Source: Thermoproteota archaeon
GTDB taxonomy: Archaea; Korarchaeota; Korarchaeia; Korarchaeales; Korarchaeaceae
Assembly (NCBI GenBank): GCA_027491395.1
Contig: JAOZFI010000025.1
Coordinates: 1 to 51,623 of the forward strand
DNA: 51,623 bases
Reading direction: 5' to 3'
Shown: one piece after another, positions 49,090 to 51,623 of the stretch
Position numbering within the stretch: position 1 is the stretch's first letter
Layout: every line of letters starts with the position of its first letter
The notes under the pieces: generated by a model
Seen by the model: the letters and a program-made list of their open reading frames with translations, nothing else
Databases searched by the model: none
What the model was told of the DNA's origin: nothing
Position numbers and translations under genes: made by a program

Positions 49090-49382
49090 ATAGAATGATC
49101 TTATGCCACAGATATAAGTTGCTTCTGGTAACGGGCCCATGACTGGCATAGTTCACAACCTCTGCGCGGTGGCACATTGCCAGTTGCATTGGAATTGAGT
49201 TCCATTGAAGTAGCGCGGGAGCGGCTCGAAATCTATGGCCACACGCTTCACTAAACTATGGGAGGATTTTCCTTTAGGGTGCCAGAGAAGAGCTCTCAGA
49301 CGACTACCTCGAGTTGAGGGTCCACAGATCGTCATCCTAAGGAGAGTATCAATCGATTCAGGATGAGTAGCGATTGCTGGAG

Positions 49383-51305
49383 TTAGGTCCATGGTCTCCT
49401 CCACTTCTCCCGCCTCGGCATTAGCGATCTTACCAGCGCGTATATCGTTGCCGTCAGGGACGCTGCCTGCGAGAGCATGAGGAGGGGATCCCTGAACACC
49501 AACTCTACAACATGCGTTCCCGGCTCCATTTGGATTAGTATGAGACCCAGCTCATCCCTCGCGGGAGCTCCCAAGTCACGGCCATCCACTTTGACGGTCC
49601 AGTGGGGATACCAAGCCTCCGAGACCCTCACCTTCGCGCTGGAATTGGAGCTATACCTGAACCTTATGTAACCATCCCCCCACTCCTCCATCTTAAGCTC
49701 GCATTCCTCGCAGCTCAAAATCGACCCTGAATCCCATCTTAACACCTCGATGCTGCCGTACCTACCCACCTCCACGAATCCCAGATCCTTGAGTAGATTA
49801 AGGCCCCTGCTGACATTCAGGTCCACCAACACGTACTTCACGCCAAAAGCCGCCAGCTTCTCACCAGCTTCCTTCCTACCGTTCTCGATCTCCCACTCCA
49901 TCTGAATGTGCTGAGGGTACAGAGGATCACCTTGCCTGTACCATCCGTTCAGAGAGGGCTTACCAGCCAGTGCTGGGGAGTATGAGACCATGGAGCCGAG
50001 CCTGAATATGATTCCCTGCTGGTGGAACCTGAACTCGTCGGGATCTCTCCCCACTAATTGGAGCGCCCTTTCCAAGTCCGGATCGAAGTCCGTTCCTGCT
50101 AAATAGGTCATTCTGGGCGCTGACTCAACGTAAAGGGGGACTACCAAGAGGATGAGGAGGAGCGTCAACCACCTCCTCCTCGAGAGGCTGACAAGCATCT
50201 CAAGCAGGCCTCCCAGCGCCACTGCTGCCGATAGTTGGGTGAGATCCAGCCACCTGTAGGGCGGGATCATACTCAGGAGTGGCAGCCTGTTCAGCCAAGG
50301 GACGGGGCCCTTAGCCCCTAAACTGAGCATAAGGGAGACCAGAACCAGGAACGAGGAGATTAGAGTAGATAAAACTCTTGTATCCGCCTCTTGAGACCTT
50401 CTCAGCGCGAATATGGAGGCCGGGAGGGAGAGGAGGGCCAACAGCATCCTGGTACTTCCCTGATAGAAGCTCCAAGGCCCCCAATCGATGAAGGGAGCTA
50501 TCAATGGTACACTCTGCCTCATATAAAGGTAATCAATGGAATTCTCATTCAGGAAGTGCGCCAGGTTCCTCTCGAGGATGAAAGGAATCATCCAGAAGGA
50601 AGTGATTATGAAAGCCCACGCCACGGTAGAGAGGGTGTTCTTGAGTTTAAGTGCCAAGTCTTCAAGTCCCGAAGTCTCGTCGACTAGGGCAGTGAGCCAG
50701 AGGAATCCGGCGAGCGGCGCCACGACTACAGCTAATGAGTGATGCGTCAGTGGCAGTGCCGCAATCGGAAGAGCGCATATGGATCTGCTGTCCCTCTCCT
50801 TGGCCAATCTCACAAAGCATGCTATAGAGAGGGGAGCTAGGGAGGCGCCCACGACCCTAGGAAAGTTCCCCTCAGGTGATATCATCCTGAAGAGCCAGGG
50901 GTTGATGGAGAAAGAGATGCCCATTATGATGGAGGGTATCTCCGAGAACCCCAGCTCCCTACCCAGAAGGTACGTGGATAGGGAGGCTATCACCAAGCTA
51001 AGAGTGATGATCACCTTGTAGGCTAGAGCTGGATCTCCCAAAGGGATGGAGGCCGCCCAGGCCATGAAGTAGGAGAGGGGTGGATAGAACCTGAGGAAGG
51101 GGTAGCCGGAGTACCAGTCCTCTATCCAAGGGGAGAAGCCGTGAGAGTGCAGCTTCCATATCTTGAAGAGGTGGCCGTAGGCATCTCCTCCCCAGCCCGG
51201 GGGCAGGGGGCCAGCGAGGTACATCTTTAACAATCCCGTGGCTGAAAGGAGTAGGGGAAGCACCACTAGACTAGCGATCACCCCCAGCCTTCTGTCCCAG
51301 CCCAT
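49383..51305 (-). CDS. PTPS-related / YfhO-like polytopic membrane protein (GT-C-like)
   Basis: GDAYGH, W..DWYSGYPFLRFYPPLSY and LTH motifs; C-terminal SEAWYPHW.V.VDG...GTHVVEL.F (YfhO-like). Confidence 0.8.
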   Translation of the reverse strand: MGWDRRLGVIASLVVLPLLLSATGLLKMYLAGPLPPGWGGDAYGHLFKIWKLHSHGFSPWIEDWYSGYPFLRFYPPLSYFMAWAASIPLGDPALAYKVIITLSLVIASLSTYLLGRELGFSEIPSIIMGISFSINPWLFRMISPEGNFPRVVGASLAPLSIACFVRLAKERDSRSICALPIAALPLTHHSLAVVVAPLAGFLWLTALVDETSGLEDLALKLKNTLSTVAWAFIITSFWMIPFILERNLAHFLNENSIDYLYMRQSVPLIAPFIDWGPWSFYQGSTRMLLALLSLPASIFALRRSQEADTRVLSTLISSFLVLVSLMLSLGAKGPVPWLNRLPLLSMIPPYRWLDLTQLSAAVALGGLLEMLVSLSRRRWLTLLLILLVVPLYVESAPRMTYLAGTDFDPDLERALQLVGRDPDEFRFHQQGIIFRLGSMVSYSPALAGKPSLNGWYRQGDPLYPQHIQMEWEIENGRKEAGEKLAAFGVKYVLVDLNVSRGLNLLKDLGFVEVGRYGSIEVLRWDSGSILSCEECELKMEEWGDGYIRFRYSSNSSAKVRVSEAWYPHWTVKVDGRDLGAPARDELGLILIQMEPGTHVVELVFRDPLLMLSQAASLTATIYALVRSLMPRREKWRRPWT

Positions 51306-51420
51306 CCCTCTGTTGAACCCTTGAACTATTTAGTAGTTTTCCCGTTTGTCGACTTTCGCGCGATGGTGAGGGAATACCAATCTTTTAGTTGAAGCCTTGG
51401 ACGTAGGACAGGCGTCAGTG

Positions 51421-51623
51421 ATGCTGAGGGTGGTCCCGGTGGGCCGGGAGCTCTTGGATCTCCCTCTCTTTCCTGGTGATCCTATCATAGAGAGGGCCTT
51501 GGGGATCCTGAGAAAGGCCCATCCATCGTTAATCTCCGAACTCTTCCTCAGAGAAGCGCCACTTATCGTGTTTATCGAGGAAACTGGGAGGAGAATAGCA
51601 GACATGATGGAGGAGAGGGTGAT
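51421..51623 (+). CDS. Hypothetical protein, runs off the window
   Basis: Open frame MLRVVPVGRELLDLPLFPGDPIIERALGIL... with host-like codons and no stop before the window end. Confidence 0.5.
   Translation, partial: MLRVVPVGRELLDLPLFPGDPIIERALGILRKAHPSLISELFLREAPLIVFIEETGRRIADMMEERV

Noticed and set aside
51330-51605. 91-aa minus-strand ORF
   Set aside because: It is more likely the shadow of the plus-strand frame from 51421, which has host-like codon usage.
1-51623. CRISPR arrays, tRNA/rRNA genes, transposases, integrases and reverse transcriptases
   Set aside because: None were recognised by eye or in the ORF track. Short or intron-split RNA genes could have been missed without covariance-model searches.

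Overview
Archaeal chromosomal segment, probably from a thermophilic TACK lineage and resembling Korarchaeota. This placement is inferred from GGTGA-type Shine-Dalgarno motifs, TATA boxes, AGG-rich Arg codons and gene content. Housekeeping and transport genes include class II HMG-CoA reductase, OSBS/NAAAR, pstSCAB-phoU, lplAB, a ferritin-like protein with SOR, Lrp regulators, APC and CPA2 transporters and an Ldh2-type dehydrogenase. These are interleaved with four toxin-antitoxin-type pairs (two decayed), several surface or GT-C-like membrane proteins and patches of gene debris. The most notable locus (32.1-38.4 kb) has a CARF-like/wHTH regulator transcribed divergently from a nurA-herA pair with no adjacent mre11/rad50. 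The HerA carries a 360-aa intein in its P-loop and lacks the usual GRK arginine-finger motif. It is followed by a full-length LeuA/CimA homologue that has lost its catalytic and metal-binding residues. A second candidate module (47.0-49.1 kb) is a ParA-like ATPase lacking the signature lysine, flanked by two PD-(D/E)xK-fold genes. No rRNA, tRNA, CRISPR array or transposase was recognised. All family calls are by-eye motif recognition, not database searches.
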